Of a stretch of 42,226 nt of DNA, positions 29,222 to 38,853 are shown one piece after another (position 1 is the first letter of the stretch; the number at the start of each line of letters is the position of its first letter). The DNA lies in assembly GCA_964473825.1 (NCBI GenBank), contig CAYYQL010000022.1, positions 1-42,226 of the forward strand. The letters are read 5' to 3'. Below the pieces are notes generated by a model, which was not told the DNA's origin, ran no database searches, and was given only the letters and a program-made list of their open reading frames with translations. Made by a program: the position numbers and the translations under genes. This DNA is from an uncultured archaeon. GTDB taxonomy: Archaea > Asgardarchaeota > Thorarchaeia > Thorarchaeales > Thorarchaeaceae.

Positions 29222-30069
29222 CCATTCCTCCCTTGGAGCGCTCTCTGAACGGTCTTCCTCATCACTTCTATAGGAGCTTTCTTTCCAGTCCAGATTTCAA
29301 AAGATGTAGCTCCTTGATACACGAACATGTTCTCCCCACTAATCGTATGACATCCAGTTTCCTTAGCCTCTCCGAGGAGACGAGTGTGGATTGGGTTATA
29401 GACCAAGTCCATGACGGTTTGAGTGTTCTTGAGAACGGATTTCGGAATAGGTGTCCGGTCGATTGAGTGACCTCTCATTCCAATAGGAGTGCAGTTCACA
29501 AGCAGTGCTGATGACCGAGACCTCTTCACAATGGATTGTAAGTCATGATAATCGAACTCAATTCCATACTTACTAACAACCAAATCTGCCAGTCTTCTGG
29601 CTTTGGTCATCGATCTGGCAAAGACTGTGACCTCCCGAATTCCCAATTTTGAAAGTCCTATCAATACTGACTTTGCTGCTCCTCCCGAACCAACGACAGT
29701 TGCCCTTTCGCCCTTTACGGGTACTTCAGACTCCATAATCGACCTCATGAAGCCCGGGATATCGGTATTGCATCCTGTGACCGTCCCATTGTCAAGAAAG
29801 ACGGTATTGACACAACCCGCTGACATTGCATCGTCATGTAGAATTGCCAGATAATTGAGGATTGCCGATTTGTGTGGCATTGTGACATTAGCTCCGTGTA
29901 TCTTACCATCCACAATCGCCTTAACGAGGAGCGACAATCTGTTTTTCTTCATTGGACATGCACCATACTCAAATTCATGAGAAAGTCCGGCCGCCGCGAA
30001 TGCGGCATTGTGCATCAGAGGGCTAAGTGAGTGCTCCAGAGGATATCCTACAACAACATATCTTTTCAC
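29215..30069 (-). CDS. aroE: Shikimate dehydrogenase
   Basis: HSLSPLMHN, NVTMPHK, NTD, GSGGAA, NCTPIGM and DLVYNP. Confidence 0.96.
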   Translation of the reverse strand: MKRYVVVGYPLEHSLSPLMHNAAFAAAGLSHEFEYGACPMKKNRLSLLVKAIVDGKIHGANVTMPHKSAILNYLAILHDDAMSAGCVNTVFLDNGTVTGCNTDIPGFMRSIMESEVPVKGERATVVGSGGAAKSVLIGLSKLGIREVTVFARSMTKARRLADLVVSKYGIEFDYHDLQSIVKRSRSSALLVNCTPIGMRGHSIDRTPIPKSVLKNTQTVMDLVYNPIHTRLLGEAKETGCHTISGENMFVYQGATSFEIWTGKKAPIEVMRKTVQRALQGRNGC

Positions 30070-30743
30070 GAGAGAGCCTCCAAAATGAGTTTCATCTGGG
30101 TGAGAGTGAGTTGCCCCGGAGCCGCCTCTTGGCCGTCGTCCATGGCCACATACATAAATGGGGCACCAAGGAACAGCGCACAGAGCCGAGTTATCCTTCC
30201 GAGCTCGCCCATGGAGAAAGCTATGAGTTCCTGCCCCCCTCTCCGTCTGAGAGTATACAGTTGCATCGTTCTACGGCAATCATCCACGGAGTTTGGGGTA
30301 GTAACAATCTTGACTATGTCTGCTTTCTTAGATGAGGTCTGGTGATACATCTTGGTAAGCTCGGGGAATTCAGGAGTGAATCTATGGTAGTGCTTTGAAA
30401 CAATCAACTTACACCAAGAAGTTTCGGCCGATTCCTGAACCATGTGAAAGAGAGAACGAGGAGTTTCTATTTCGATGTCAACATATGCAGCACCAGCACT
30501 TATTCCATCCAACAGGAGGGCCACCCGTTCGTCCTCAGAGCCTTTGAAGCAGCCACCATTCAAAACAGATCGGCAGGTCACCAAAATCGGGATTTCTGTT
30601 GCATCGTATATCTCATCCAGAGGTTCATTCTTGCTCATGAAATCCAGCCGGTGTTCGATGAGATTGGCATGACACTCACTCACGAACTTCAGACATTCCG
30701 AGAAACTTCTTCCTGTCATTGACACACAGAGATTTGTCTTCAT
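30066..30743 (-). CDS. aroD: Type I 3-dehydroquinate dehydratase
   Basis: EHRLD, TCR..GG, YVDIE, DIVKIV, MGELG..TR and APGQ. Confidence 0.93.
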   Translation of the reverse strand: MKTNLCVSMTGRSFSECLKFVSECHANLIEHRLDFMSKNEPLDEIYDATEIPILVTCRSVLNGGCFKGSEDERVALLLDGISAGAAYVDIEIETPRSLFHMVQESAETSWCKLIVSKHYHRFTPEFPELTKMYHQTSSKKADIVKIVTTPNSVDDCRRTMQLYTLRRRGGQELIAFSMGELGRITRLCALFLGAPFMYVAMDDGQEAAPGQLTLTQMKLILEALS

Positions 30744-30752
30744 CTGAGTGTT

Positions 30753-31838
30753 CTACTCCTTCGGCGACCTTCTGGTCAACGTCTTACTTGCCATCGGTAC
30801 GGTCTGGCATCTTTCGTCTAGGAAACCACTATCCTGCTCAGTCACACTGATCCCTCTCTTGACCATCTTCATGAAGTGACGAAACATCGCGGGTGTCAGT
30901 GATTGAGGCCCATCTACTAGGGCATTCTCGGGATCTGGGTGAACCTCTATCAAGATACCATCCGCACCTACTGCCAGCCCGGCCTTGGCAAGAGGGGTGA
31001 CTATGTGTCGTTTTCCTGCCGCATGGCTTGGATCTACGATGAGTGGAAGATGTGTGAGTCTTCTCAGCTCTGGAATTGCACCAAGGTCTAGGGTGTATCT
31101 CGTGTGCTGGTTGTAGGTTCTAACACCTCTTTCACATAGTATGACTCTACTGTTCCCTTCTGCCATCAGATACTCCGCAGCAGACAGGAGCTCTGTTAGT
31201 GTGGCCCACATGCCACGTTTGAGCAGGACTGGCTTACAGGACCTGCCAGCTCGTTTTAGAAGAGAGTAGTTCTGCATATTCCTAGCACCAATCTGGATAA
31301 TATCTACTACTTCCTCAACACGGTCGAAGGTCTCTACATCAACAGCTTCAGATACAATCGGCAGGCCAGTCCGTCGCCGAGCTTCTGAAAGAAAGCGCAG
31401 CCCTACAACACCTAGGCCTTGAAATGAGTATGGAGAGGTACGCGGCTTGTAAGCTCCTCCACGGAGTATATCTCCTCCCGCATCCTTGATCAGTTCAGCG
31501 GCATCTGTGATCTGTTCAAGAGATTCGACACCACACGGTCCAGCCAGAATTACAGGTCTGCTTCCACCAATCTCAACATCGCCTACTTCGATCACGGTCT
31601 TGTCGGGATGCGCCTCGAGGTCAGCCAGTCTATACGGCTTGGTAACCCGAATGACTTCCATTACTCCCGGCAAGCCCATGAACCGACTTGCATCTTCAGC
31701 TCTGATGTCTCCCTTAACGTTGATTACCGTGCGATGTACACCAGGATTTGGTTGCCCCGTATATCCGAGCTTCTCAATCATCTGTAGTACGTTGTCTATT
31801 TCTTCTTCTGTTGCGTGTGAATAAAGAATCACTAACAT
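30753..31838 (-). CDS. aroF: DAHP synthase, type I-beta, with N-terminal regulatory domain
   Basis: [40 protein letters not shown] and DGPQSL. Confidence 0.95.
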   Translation of the reverse strand: MLVILYSHATEEEIDNVLQMIEKLGYTGQPNPGVHRTVINVKGDIRAEDASRFMGLPGVMEVIRVTKPYRLADLEAHPDKTVIEVGDVEIGGSRPVILAGPCGVESLEQITDAAELIKDAGGDILRGGAYKPRTSPYSFQGLGVVGLRFLSEARRRTGLPIVSEAVDVETFDRVEEVVDIIQIGARNMQNYSLLKRAGRSCKPVLLKRGMWATLTELLSAAEYLMAEGNSRVILCERGVRTYNQHTRYTLDLGAIPELRRLTHLPLIVDPSHAAGKRHIVTPLAKAGLAVGADGILIEVHPDPENALVDGPQSLTPAMFRHFMKMVKRGISVTEQDSGFLDERCQTVPMASKTLTRRSPKE

Positions 31839-32920
31839 CTCTTATGTCTCCTTTCTAAAAATGTAAAACGAGTTGAATCGATGGTTGTCATCTTGGCCTT
31901 TCCTAACTCTACAAGTAGTGGGACCGCGACGCGGCCATGGCGTATCTTCTTATCTTGTCTTATTGCTAGTTCTAGCTCATGCCTGCTGACTACCGATGGG
32001 ATCTCCACAGGCAGTTCGAATGCGGACAAGGTTGTAAGGATGAAATCAAGCGAATCAAGGTCAAGCAAGCCGAGTCGTGCCGCAAGCCTAGCCTCTTCGG
32101 CGATTCCGATAGCAACTGCGAATCCGTGTGGAATCGCGTAGCCTGAGCAGGTTTCAACTGCATGACCGATTGTGTGACCGTAGTTGAGAATCTCCCGCTT
32201 TCCGCTCTCCTCTCTCTCATCTCCCTCGATTACCCGAGCCTTAACCCTCAGACATCTCTCGACAATTGTGGCGAGTACTTCAGGGTCTTTCGAGAGTATC
32301 TCTTCTCTCTTGCCTAAGAGCAGGTCCAGAAGGTCTCTGTCCATGCTCACACCGTACTTGATTACCTCTGCGAGCCCATTCCTGAATTGGTGGGTCGGGA
32401 GGGTTTCAAGGGTACATGTATCTGCAATCACCAAATGTGGCTGATAGAATGTTCCGACAAGATTCTTGCCAGCAGGTAAGTTGAGTCCGGTCTTTCCGCC
32501 TATGGCAGAATCTACCTGTGACAGGAGCGTAGTAGGAACCTGCATCAGATACATTCCGCGCTTGAACGTTGATGCAACAAAACCGGCCAAGTCGCCAATG
32601 ACACCTCCTCCAAGTGCAACGATGATGTCAGAACGTGTTGCGGTGTTCTTGGTTAGGAATCCGTAAATCTCGCTTGCCGTACTGATAGACTTCGCCGCCT
32701 CTCCCTCATTCACAGTGATTACGGATGACTGAATGCCCACTTCATCTATTCCTCCTGATATAGGCGCAAGAAGAAGATCAGCAACTGTGTTATCAGTCAC
32801 GATGAATGCTCTCTGGGAAACACCAGCAAGTATCTTGCCCACTTCGTGGAGCAACTCTTCTCCTATTGTGACTTGATAGGTTCTGCTGCTAGTCCTTATC
32901 TCGAACTCCGAGCGTATCAT
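31832..32920 (-). CDS. aroB: 3-dehydroquinate synthase
   Basis: GGGVIGDLAGF, PTTLLSQVDSAIGGKT, KNLVGTFYQP, LNYGHTIGHAVE and DKK. Confidence 0.96.
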   Translation of the reverse strand: MIRSEFEIRTSSRTYQVTIGEELLHEVGKILAGVSQRAFIVTDNTVADLLLAPISGGIDEVGIQSSVITVNEGEAAKSISTASEIYGFLTKNTATRSDIIVALGGGVIGDLAGFVASTFKRGMYLMQVPTTLLSQVDSAIGGKTGLNLPAGKNLVGTFYQPHLVIADTCTLETLPTHQFRNGLAEVIKYGVSMDRDLLDLLLGKREEILSKDPEVLATIVERCLRVKARVIEGDEREESGKREILNYGHTIGHAVETCSGYAIPHGFAVAIGIAEEARLAARLGLLDLDSLDFILTTLSAFELPVEIPSVVSRHELELAIRQDKKIRHGRVAVPLLVELGKAKMTTIDSTRFTFLERRHKRC

Positions 32921-33801
32921 GGACCCAACTCCGGTGAAAGCCTTCGGTCGAGCATGCCCAAGAGCTGGTACATCTCCTCGTACTTCTCGGCGAGATCGAT
33001 TACTTCTCCAAAATCTGCTTTGATTCCACTGCAGAACTTCTTGAAGTCGGCTCCTTCATCCAACAACGCCCTCATTCCTGAGGTCAATTCCCTCTGAAAG
33101 TTCTGGAGAACCCCCACTACATGCGGGTTGTGTGAGTGAAGTTCTTCATGGAGACGGCAGGAATTGAACATTACACTACCTGCCAGCATCAGCTGCACTC
33201 TGAAGGTAGTCCCGCCCAACATCTGAAGGTGTCGTATGTCTTTGTTCTGAAGAACAGATGCTAAGATCAGGTTCACGAAATAGGGCAGAGATATCGTGAA
33301 AGCCATTGCTTTGTCATGTTCTTCAACTGGGATAACGAAGGTTTCGTACTCAGGGAATATCTCTGATGCAGTTTCTCTTTCCTTGACCTCATCAAAGACT
33401 GGGATCACTGCCATCTTCTTTCTCAGGGACTTGGCTCCTTCTCCGAATAGTGGATGAAGACACAATGGGCTAACATCGGTCCGACCAAGGTTCTGTAGAA
33501 TATCATAGATTCCATGCTTGATTGATGATATCTCACACAGAACTGCATTTGTCTTCATGCAGGATACGACCTCTTGGATCACCTGAGTTGTCAGGCTCAT
33601 CGGTACTGCGATGATGACAACATCTGCGTTGGATACCGCTTGGCTGTTTGATAGTGCAGATTCAACCCCGCTTCTCTGACAGAGTTTCTTGAGGGCGGCT
33701 ACGTTCGGATCTGACACAACTAGGTCATTGCTCAAGGAGTGTAGGTCTCCGACGAGAAGCGTTCCCATCCTTCCTGCCCCTCCCAATACTGCAATCTTCA
33801 T
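32917..33801 (-). CDS. tyrA: Prephenate/arogenate dehydrogenase
   Basis: Rossmann motif GGAGRMG, SSIK, HPLFG and EEHDKAM, plus operon context. Confidence 0.9.
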   Translation of the reverse strand: MKIAVLGGAGRMGTLLVGDLHSLSNDLVVSDPNVAALKKLCQRSGVESALSNSQAVSNADVVIIAVPMSLTTQVIQEVVSCMKTNAVLCEISSIKHGIYDILQNLGRTDVSPLCLHPLFGEGAKSLRKKMAVIPVFDEVKERETASEIFPEYETFVIPVEEHDKAMAFTISLPYFVNLILASVLQNKDIRHLQMLGGTTFRVQLMLAGSVMFNSCRLHEELHSHNPHVVGVLQNFQRELTSGMRALLDEGADFKKFCSGIKADFGEVIDLAEKYEEMYQLLGMLDRRLSPELGP

Positions 33802-35195
33802 GCAAGCAACTCCTTCATGGCTTCTATTGCCGTCACTAGAACACTCTCAGGTTGACACACTGACATCCTGAAGAACTCCGCATAGTCTTTGCCAAACACA
33901 GAACCAGGAGTGATGGATATACCGGCCTCAGAGAGAAGTCGCGCAGAGAATTCGGTTCCGTCGATGCCGTTGCTGGATAGGCGTGGAAAGAGGTATAAGC
34001 CCCCCTCTGGCACAACAAAAGAGAAGGGCAGGTTTCGCATGAGTGCCGAAGAGACTTCTATTCTCTTTCTGACAGTCCTCGCATACTCTCTCTGTTCGCG
34101 TTGACAGGTAAGTGCTGCAAGACCAGCACATTGAATGAACTCTGAAACGCTTGTAAGGCACAGATTCTGAAGCTTTGACATCCTTTCTATCGACTGGATG
34201 TCTGAAACTGCAAAACCGAGTCGAAAACCTGTCATTCCATAGCTCTTGGAAAATGAGTTTAGATAGACAGATTGCCCCTCTACGAACTCGAGTATGCTGG
34301 GTGGAGATTTCTGGCAGAAATCCCCGTAGACCTCATCGCTCAGGACAGCCAATTCATTGGCTACTGCAATATCTACCAGCTCGCTGAGCCAAGGCTCCTT
34401 TACTACTTTGCCCGTAGGGTTTGCCGGTGAATTGAGAATTATCATCCTAGTGTTGCTGCGGATTTCCTCGTCAAGTCTGCTCAAATCTGGAATCCAGTCA
34501 TCTTCTAGACGCGCAGGAACGTGGACCGGCAAAGCGCCTGCTGCGGTCACCAAATCATCATAGGCTGGATATGATGGATCGAAAATAATGACTTCGTCTC
34601 CCGGTCTTACAATTGTCATCACACTGAGGAACAGAGCAGATCTTCCCCCTGCTGTAACAATTACTTCTTCCGGAGAAATCTGTGTGTTATGTTCACGGTT
34701 GAGGTACTGCGCAATGCTGTTACGTAATTCTAAGAGCCCTGCCGTTGCAGTATATCGCGTGCGACCCTGCAGTAACGCGTGGGCCATGAATTCAACTACT
34801 TCTGGGGGTGGGCCGAAATCAGGCTCACCGATCTCGAGATGAACTACATGGCGACCACTGTTCTCCAATTCCCTTGCTCTAATCCATGTAGTATATGCAG
34901 ATGTATCTGCCAACGACTGAGGAGTCTGATCCTGGACGCTCTTTGCTTCTGCTATTAAGAGGTTGAGAATCCTCATTGCAAACGCAGAATCATGATTCTC
35001 TTTTTCACAAAGGCGAATCACGGATGCCCTTAGATTCTCTTCGACTGCATGGTTCACCACGGGAACATCCATGCGATATTTCATCTTGCCCACAGCTCTA
35101 GCGAGATTCGTCCGATTGCCTGCAAGCGAAACGATGTCGAGAGTAATCGACTGAATCTGAGCTCTTAGCTCCTCTAGCTGACTTTCCTCAGACAC
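33798..35195 (-). CDS. Chorismate mutase (AroQ)-like domain fused to a class I/II PLP aminotransferase
   Basis: N-terminal LEELRAQI..R..LA..VG.MK..V...E, the CM_2 pattern. C-terminal GEPDF, NSPANPTG, SDEVY and SFSKSYGMTGFRLG. Confidence 0.88.
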   Translation of the reverse strand: MSEESQLEELRAQIQSITLDIVSLAGNRTNLARAVGKMKYRMDVPVVNHAVEENLRASVIRLCEKENHDSAFAMRILNLLIAEAKSVQDQTPQSLADTSAYTTWIRARELENSGRHVVHLEIGEPDFGPPPEVVEFMAHALLQGRTRYTATAGLLELRNSIAQYLNREHNTQISPEEVIVTAGGRSALFLSVMTIVRPGDEVIIFDPSYPAYDDLVTAAGALPVHVPARLEDDWIPDLSRLDEEIRSNTRMIILNSPANPTGKVVKEPWLSELVDIAVANELAVLSDEVYGDFCQKSPPSILEFVEGQSVYLNSFSKSYGMTGFRLGFAVSDIQSIERMSKLQNLCLTSVSEFIQCAGLAALTCQREQREYARTVRKRIEVSSALMRNLPFSFVVPEGGLYLFPRLSSNGIDGTEFSARLLSEAGISITPGSVFGKDYAEFFRMSVCQPESVLVTAIEAMKELLA

Positions 35196-35315
35196 GTTCA
35201 GCTTTCACCCCTCCAATGTTGGCCCATCAATCCTTGACGAGAGACAAAGTCAACTATTGGATCGCGCGCAGTCTTCAGAAATTCGGGATATGGAGTTTTG
35301 ACTTGTAGAAACATA

Positions 35316-35371
35316 AGACACCACCAAAACGAGGGAGCCGGGGCCGACGCCCGACATCCTAAGTAGCGTCT
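35316..35371 (-). promoter_or_regulatory. Candidate attenuator RNA (alternative hairpins, GC-rich stem, U-rich tail)
   Basis: Stem GGAUGUCGGGC-GUCG-GCCCCGGCUCC (35359-35334), then CUCGUUUU. A competing pairing is GACGCU (35370-35365) with GGCGUC (35351-35346). Confidence 0.55.
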
Positions 35372-35375
35372 CGAT

Positions 35376-35456
35376 TTAGAGATAATAACTATAATAGCCA
35401 CTATAGCGACAGGTGTTTCCTGCCGTACAGATGTTCGTGGCTATTTCTCTGTTCAT
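35376..35456 (-). CDS. Putative Tyr-rich leader peptide of the aro/tyr operon
   Basis: ATG..TAA encodes MNREIATNICTAGNTCRYSGYYSYYL, with 5 Tyr among the last 9 codons. An in-frame GTG at 35468 is an alternative start. Confidence 0.7.
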   Translation of the reverse strand: MNREIATNICTAGNTCRYSGYYSYYL

Positions 35457-35492
35457 CGAAACGTTCACTGTCTTGGGCCAGCATCTTCGGGC

Positions 35493-35507
35493 TTAATATA
35501 CTTTGTC
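35493..35507 (-). promoter_or_regulatory. BRE/TATA promoter of the aro operon leader
   Basis: Minus strand reads GACAAAG-TATATTAA, about 25 nt upstream of GTG 35468. Confidence 0.55.
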
Positions 35508-35865
35508 AGAATCGTGCGGAATATCCTCTGTTCTGCCTGAATGGTATCTTCTTCGCGCTGCTGCGAACGCATCGAGCTAGGCTTTGGCGTGGTCGATACT
35601 GCTACTCTCTAGTATTATTCGGGAGCACAGAGTCATCAAATAGGCCAAATGGTGGAAGTCTGGTACGTTGTGAAAGACATGGCAATGACTCTCATTCCAT
35701 GCAATTCCAAAGCTAAGATGACGAATCCAGTGACATTACCTGTGAAACAACTCCGAGTGGCTCCCCTGTCTCTGCTAGTTCCTTATTCCTCTTCAAGTGT
35801 TCCCCTTGTTACGTACTACCTTTCCGGCGATTTGTTCTTATGCAGGACTGATACTGCAATCCTGG

Positions 35866-36522
35866 ATGGCTGTGTCTATATTGCTGGAGAGATTCGAAGC
35901 ACCAGAACCGCAGTCGAAAAGAATTGCAGTCCTGGCGGTATTTACGTCGATTTCAATGCTCCTTGAGGTTTTTCCGGTTCCTGGAATTACGGACCTGAAA
36001 CTGGTCCCTCAGGTGCCAAGCTTCACAATTGACTGGACTGGAATCCCCCTCTCATTCATTCTCCTTGGACTCGGCCTTACCTACTCGTTGACCGCGGTAG
36101 TCGGGGTGGGAATCGCAATCGGATATCGGAATCCCGTTGGTGCCCTTTTCAAGGTGGCATCCGAGACTCTTACGGTCTTGGGTATGTCTGTTGGTTTCTC
36201 CGTCCATAGGGCACTCCGCAAAAGACTCCCGAAATTGTCAAAGACCCGAACCCTCCTTGTCTTGGCTGGAGGCATGTTGTTCAGAATGGTCGGCATGTAT
36301 GTCATCAACATAGCACTGCTGCCGGTGTTTGTCGGTCTTCCGGAGGCTACGGCAATCACTGTATCCGGTATACTTGTTCCGTGGAATGGGGTTCAGGCCC
36401 TCATCAACATACTCGGTGCCTGGGTCCTCATGGCACTGTTACCGAGAGAACTATTATTGCAGGCAGGGCTCAGCCTGCCTGCGGGCGAAGGCGATCAAAT
36501 TGACTTCAGCGATGAAGGGTGA
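35866..36522 (+). CDS. Membrane protein, probable stand-alone ECF S component
   Basis: RIAVLAVFTSISMLLE, FTIDWTGIP..LLGLG and PWNGVQALIN resemble RibU-type S components. About 6 TM helices. The start codon is uncertain. Confidence 0.65.
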   Translation: MAVSILLERFEAPEPQSKRIAVLAVFTSISMLLEVFPVPGITDLKLVPQVPSFTIDWTGIPLSFILLGLGLTYSLTAVVGVGIAIGYRNPVGALFKVASETLTVLGMSVGFSVHRALRKRLPKLSKTRTLLVLAGGMLFRMVGMYVINIALLPVFVGLPEATAITVSGILVPWNGVQALINILGAWVLMALLPRELLLQAGLSLPAGEGDQIDFSDEG

Positions 36523-36654
36523 TTCAACCTGCGTAGTAGCGTGGTTATGCAACCAGAAGAGGGACTGGCTCGGACACAGCTAATGGAACCTTCCCATCGA
36601 GAACCAGTGGCGTTGTTATTAGTTCGCCTGCTGCACGCGGTATCGTTTACCGAC

Positions 36655-37824
36655 TTACATCTCTGAGTCAATGAACCCCTCAACAAACCTAGAGCTGATT
36701 TTCGGTTCAGTCTTCATGTCCTTTGCATACATTGCGTGTCTAATCAGTCTATCAAGTGCAACGGAAAAGGCATCAAGTGTACTCCATCCCTCAGACGAGC
36801 TATGATACTGCCCGTTGACTGTCCTGAGATTCATCCGACACTGGACAAGCGTCCTCTTTCCTGCAACAGACCCTTGCGTTTTCAAATAGACAAACAGAAT
36901 ACCTTTTCCCAGTGTCGCATCAAACTTCTTCCTGAATGATGCGAAATTCTTCATCATGATGTCCCTGTCGCGATCAGAGATGTCGACCGAGGGCTTGATG
37001 GCGAATTGAACTGTCAGTCGTCGAGATTCGATTGCCTCTTTTGACAGCGGTTCAAGGAAGTCCAACTTAGTGACTATTCCCGTAAGGTCGTCATCTTTTG
37101 TTACAACGAGACATGACACCTGTTCCTTCTTCATCTTAGAGAAACACTCTGATAGAGCATCCTGCTCGCCCACCGTCACGACTGGCGAGCTCATGACCCC
37201 GCGAACCTCGATGTTCATCACCCCGTAGCTTTCGCCCACTCGTTCTCCTTTTGTTGTTCGGTTTCTGATCTTATAGACGAGGTCTACGATATCCTGCAGG
37301 CTGACCATGCCAATGGCCCTCCCATCTTTGACAACAGGTGCATGAGAGATTCCGTGCTCTCTGAACAGATTCAGGGCGGATGCGGCTGTGTCATCTGGAG
37401 TCACGACTTCGGGCTTCTTTGACATAATCTCCGTCACTGGGGCGTTTCCGAGTGGCCCCTCCATAACATTGTCAAGTATATACTCCCGAGTGATAATTCC
37501 CCTGAATCTCTCGCCGGAGTATACTGGGAGCTGCGCTGCTCCGCTCTCAATCATCAATCTAGCAGCTTCACTGATGGAATCCCGCATCTGAACTCTTGGT
37601 GGTATCTCTATTATCTTTCTGATTGTTAGATTTGCAGGACTAAGCCGCGATCTTCTCAATCTTCGCATCGAAATCATACCGACATACTTACTCTTGCTAT
37701 CTCTGACGGAAAGAGCCTCAACACCAAGTTCTTTCAATCTTGCTAAGCAAGAGGTTAGGCTGTCAGTATCACTCACTGATTCGGCGATCTTGCTGTATAC
37801 ATCCTGTACGAGAGGGTACTCCAT
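36655..37824 (-). CDS. 4xCBS-domain protein with C-terminal HPF/RaiA-like domain
   Basis: CBS repeats (QLPV..GIIT, HAPVV..GMVS, CLVV..GIVT..D). C-terminal CRMNLRT..YHSSSEGWSTLDAFSVALDRL. ATG 37824 preferred as the start. Confidence 0.8.
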   Translation of the reverse strand: MEYPLVQDVYSKIAESVSDTDSLTSCLARLKELGVEALSVRDSKSKYVGMISMRRLRRSRLSPANLTIRKIIEIPPRVQMRDSISEAARLMIESGAAQLPVYSGERFRGIITREYILDNVMEGPLGNAPVTEIMSKKPEVVTPDDTAASALNLFREHGISHAPVVKDGRAIGMVSLQDIVDLVYKIRNRTTKGERVGESYGVMNIEVRGVMSSPVVTVGEQDALSECFSKMKKEQVSCLVVTKDDDLTGIVTKLDFLEPLSKEAIESRRLTVQFAIKPSVDISDRDRDIMMKNFASFRKKFDATLGKGILFVYLKTQGSVAGKRTLVQCRMNLRTVNGQYHSSSEGWSTLDAFSVALDRLIRHAMYAKDMKTEPKISSRFVEGFIDSEM

Positions 37825-38007
37825 TTGATATTTCCCGCATCTAAGGAAAACAATGAGCTCTGGCGATATATCTGTTTGGAAGAGGCAAGCAAAGGCGTCA
37901 CTGGTAACCCTGAGATAGTGCATGATTTGATGCGTAAATCCATCGTACCCAAGCTATAACTCGGCAACCGCTAGAGTTTGTACTGTGATAGAGATGCCGA
38001 GAGGACC

Positions 38008-38853
38008 TCACATGATTCTTACACGTGCTACTACAGGCAGATGGTCGCTTCCTTTGGCCTCGGAAACCACAACGCAGGATATTACATCGAGGCCGGGTTC
38101 GATCCAGATGTAGTCAATTCTCTCAAACGGATCCGTGCTTGGCCAAGTGTAGCCTTCAGGTGGATCAAGAGGATTTCCCGCGGCTGTCCAAGCGTCCACC
38201 AGACGAGTTGATAAGTCCTCGTAGATGGTATCATTGGGGCCCTCTACTCCTGGTTCAGGTTCACCTGTGGGCAGAGTGTTGAAGTCGCCCATTAGAATCT
38301 TGGGACTCGGCGCGGTGTCTATCAGCGCCATTACTTCCTGCGCCTGAGTTGTCCTGTCTTCATACGACAACCCAAGGTGTACGACAAAGACGCTGAGGTT
38401 GACAGAGCCTATACGAACAACGGTTTCAAGCATGACACGCGGCAGTTCTTCATGGCTCAGCAGGTGGTACTTGGCACTGATGATCGGGTACTTTGAGAGA
38501 AGTGAGACACCAATGACCTGCTCACTCGAAGGTGGGCCGAAGTAGCTGTACATCCCGAGCTGTGTAGAAAGCCAAAGGATTGAGTCTATGTTCATGGAGC
38601 TAACCCGTCCCGAGTCAGATTCCTGCAGTCCAATCAGGTCTGCCTCATATCCAATGATTGTATTCCGGACATGCTCCAAGTTCACCAAACCGTCAGGAGT
38701 ATAGCCCTGGTATATGTTATAGGTCATGACAGTGATGGTCTCCGATGGCGGTGTTTCAGGCATTGGAGCTAGGGACAGAAGAAGCCCCGAGGCGGTTCCT
38801 ATCACAAAGAGAACGGCAAGAGCCGTTACTGATTTGCGAATAGACGAATCCAT
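38008..38853 (-). CDS. Endonuclease/exonuclease/phosphatase (EEP) family protein with N-terminal TM helix
   Basis: MTYNI, GLQE, LLSKYPI, VHL, MGDFN, RIDYIW and SDHLPV. Confidence 0.9.
   Translation of the reverse strand: MDSSIRKSVTALAVLFVIGTASGLLLSLAPMPETPPSETITVMTYNIYQGYTPDGLVNLEHVRNTIIGYEADLIGLQESDSGRVSSMNIDSILWLSTQLGMYSYFGPPSSEQVIGVSLLSKYPIISAKYHLLSHEELPRVMLETVVRIGSVNLSVFVVHLGLSYEDRTTQAQEVMALIDTAPSPKILMGDFNTLPTGEPEPGVEGPNDTIYEDLSTRLVDAWTAAGNPLDPPEGYTWPSTDPFERIDYIWIEPGLDVISCVVVSEAKGSDHLPVVARVRIM

Noticed and set aside
35198-35401. 67-aa ORF MAIIVIISK... as an Ile/Val-type leader peptide
   Set aside because: It is an alternative frame of the Tyr codons. Ile/Val does not match the operon product, and the ORF runs through the hairpins.
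35520-35860. Possible decayed gene or the 105-aa ORF at 35649-35966
   Set aside because: No recognisable motif in the frames I read, and the ORF overlaps the S-component-like CDS.
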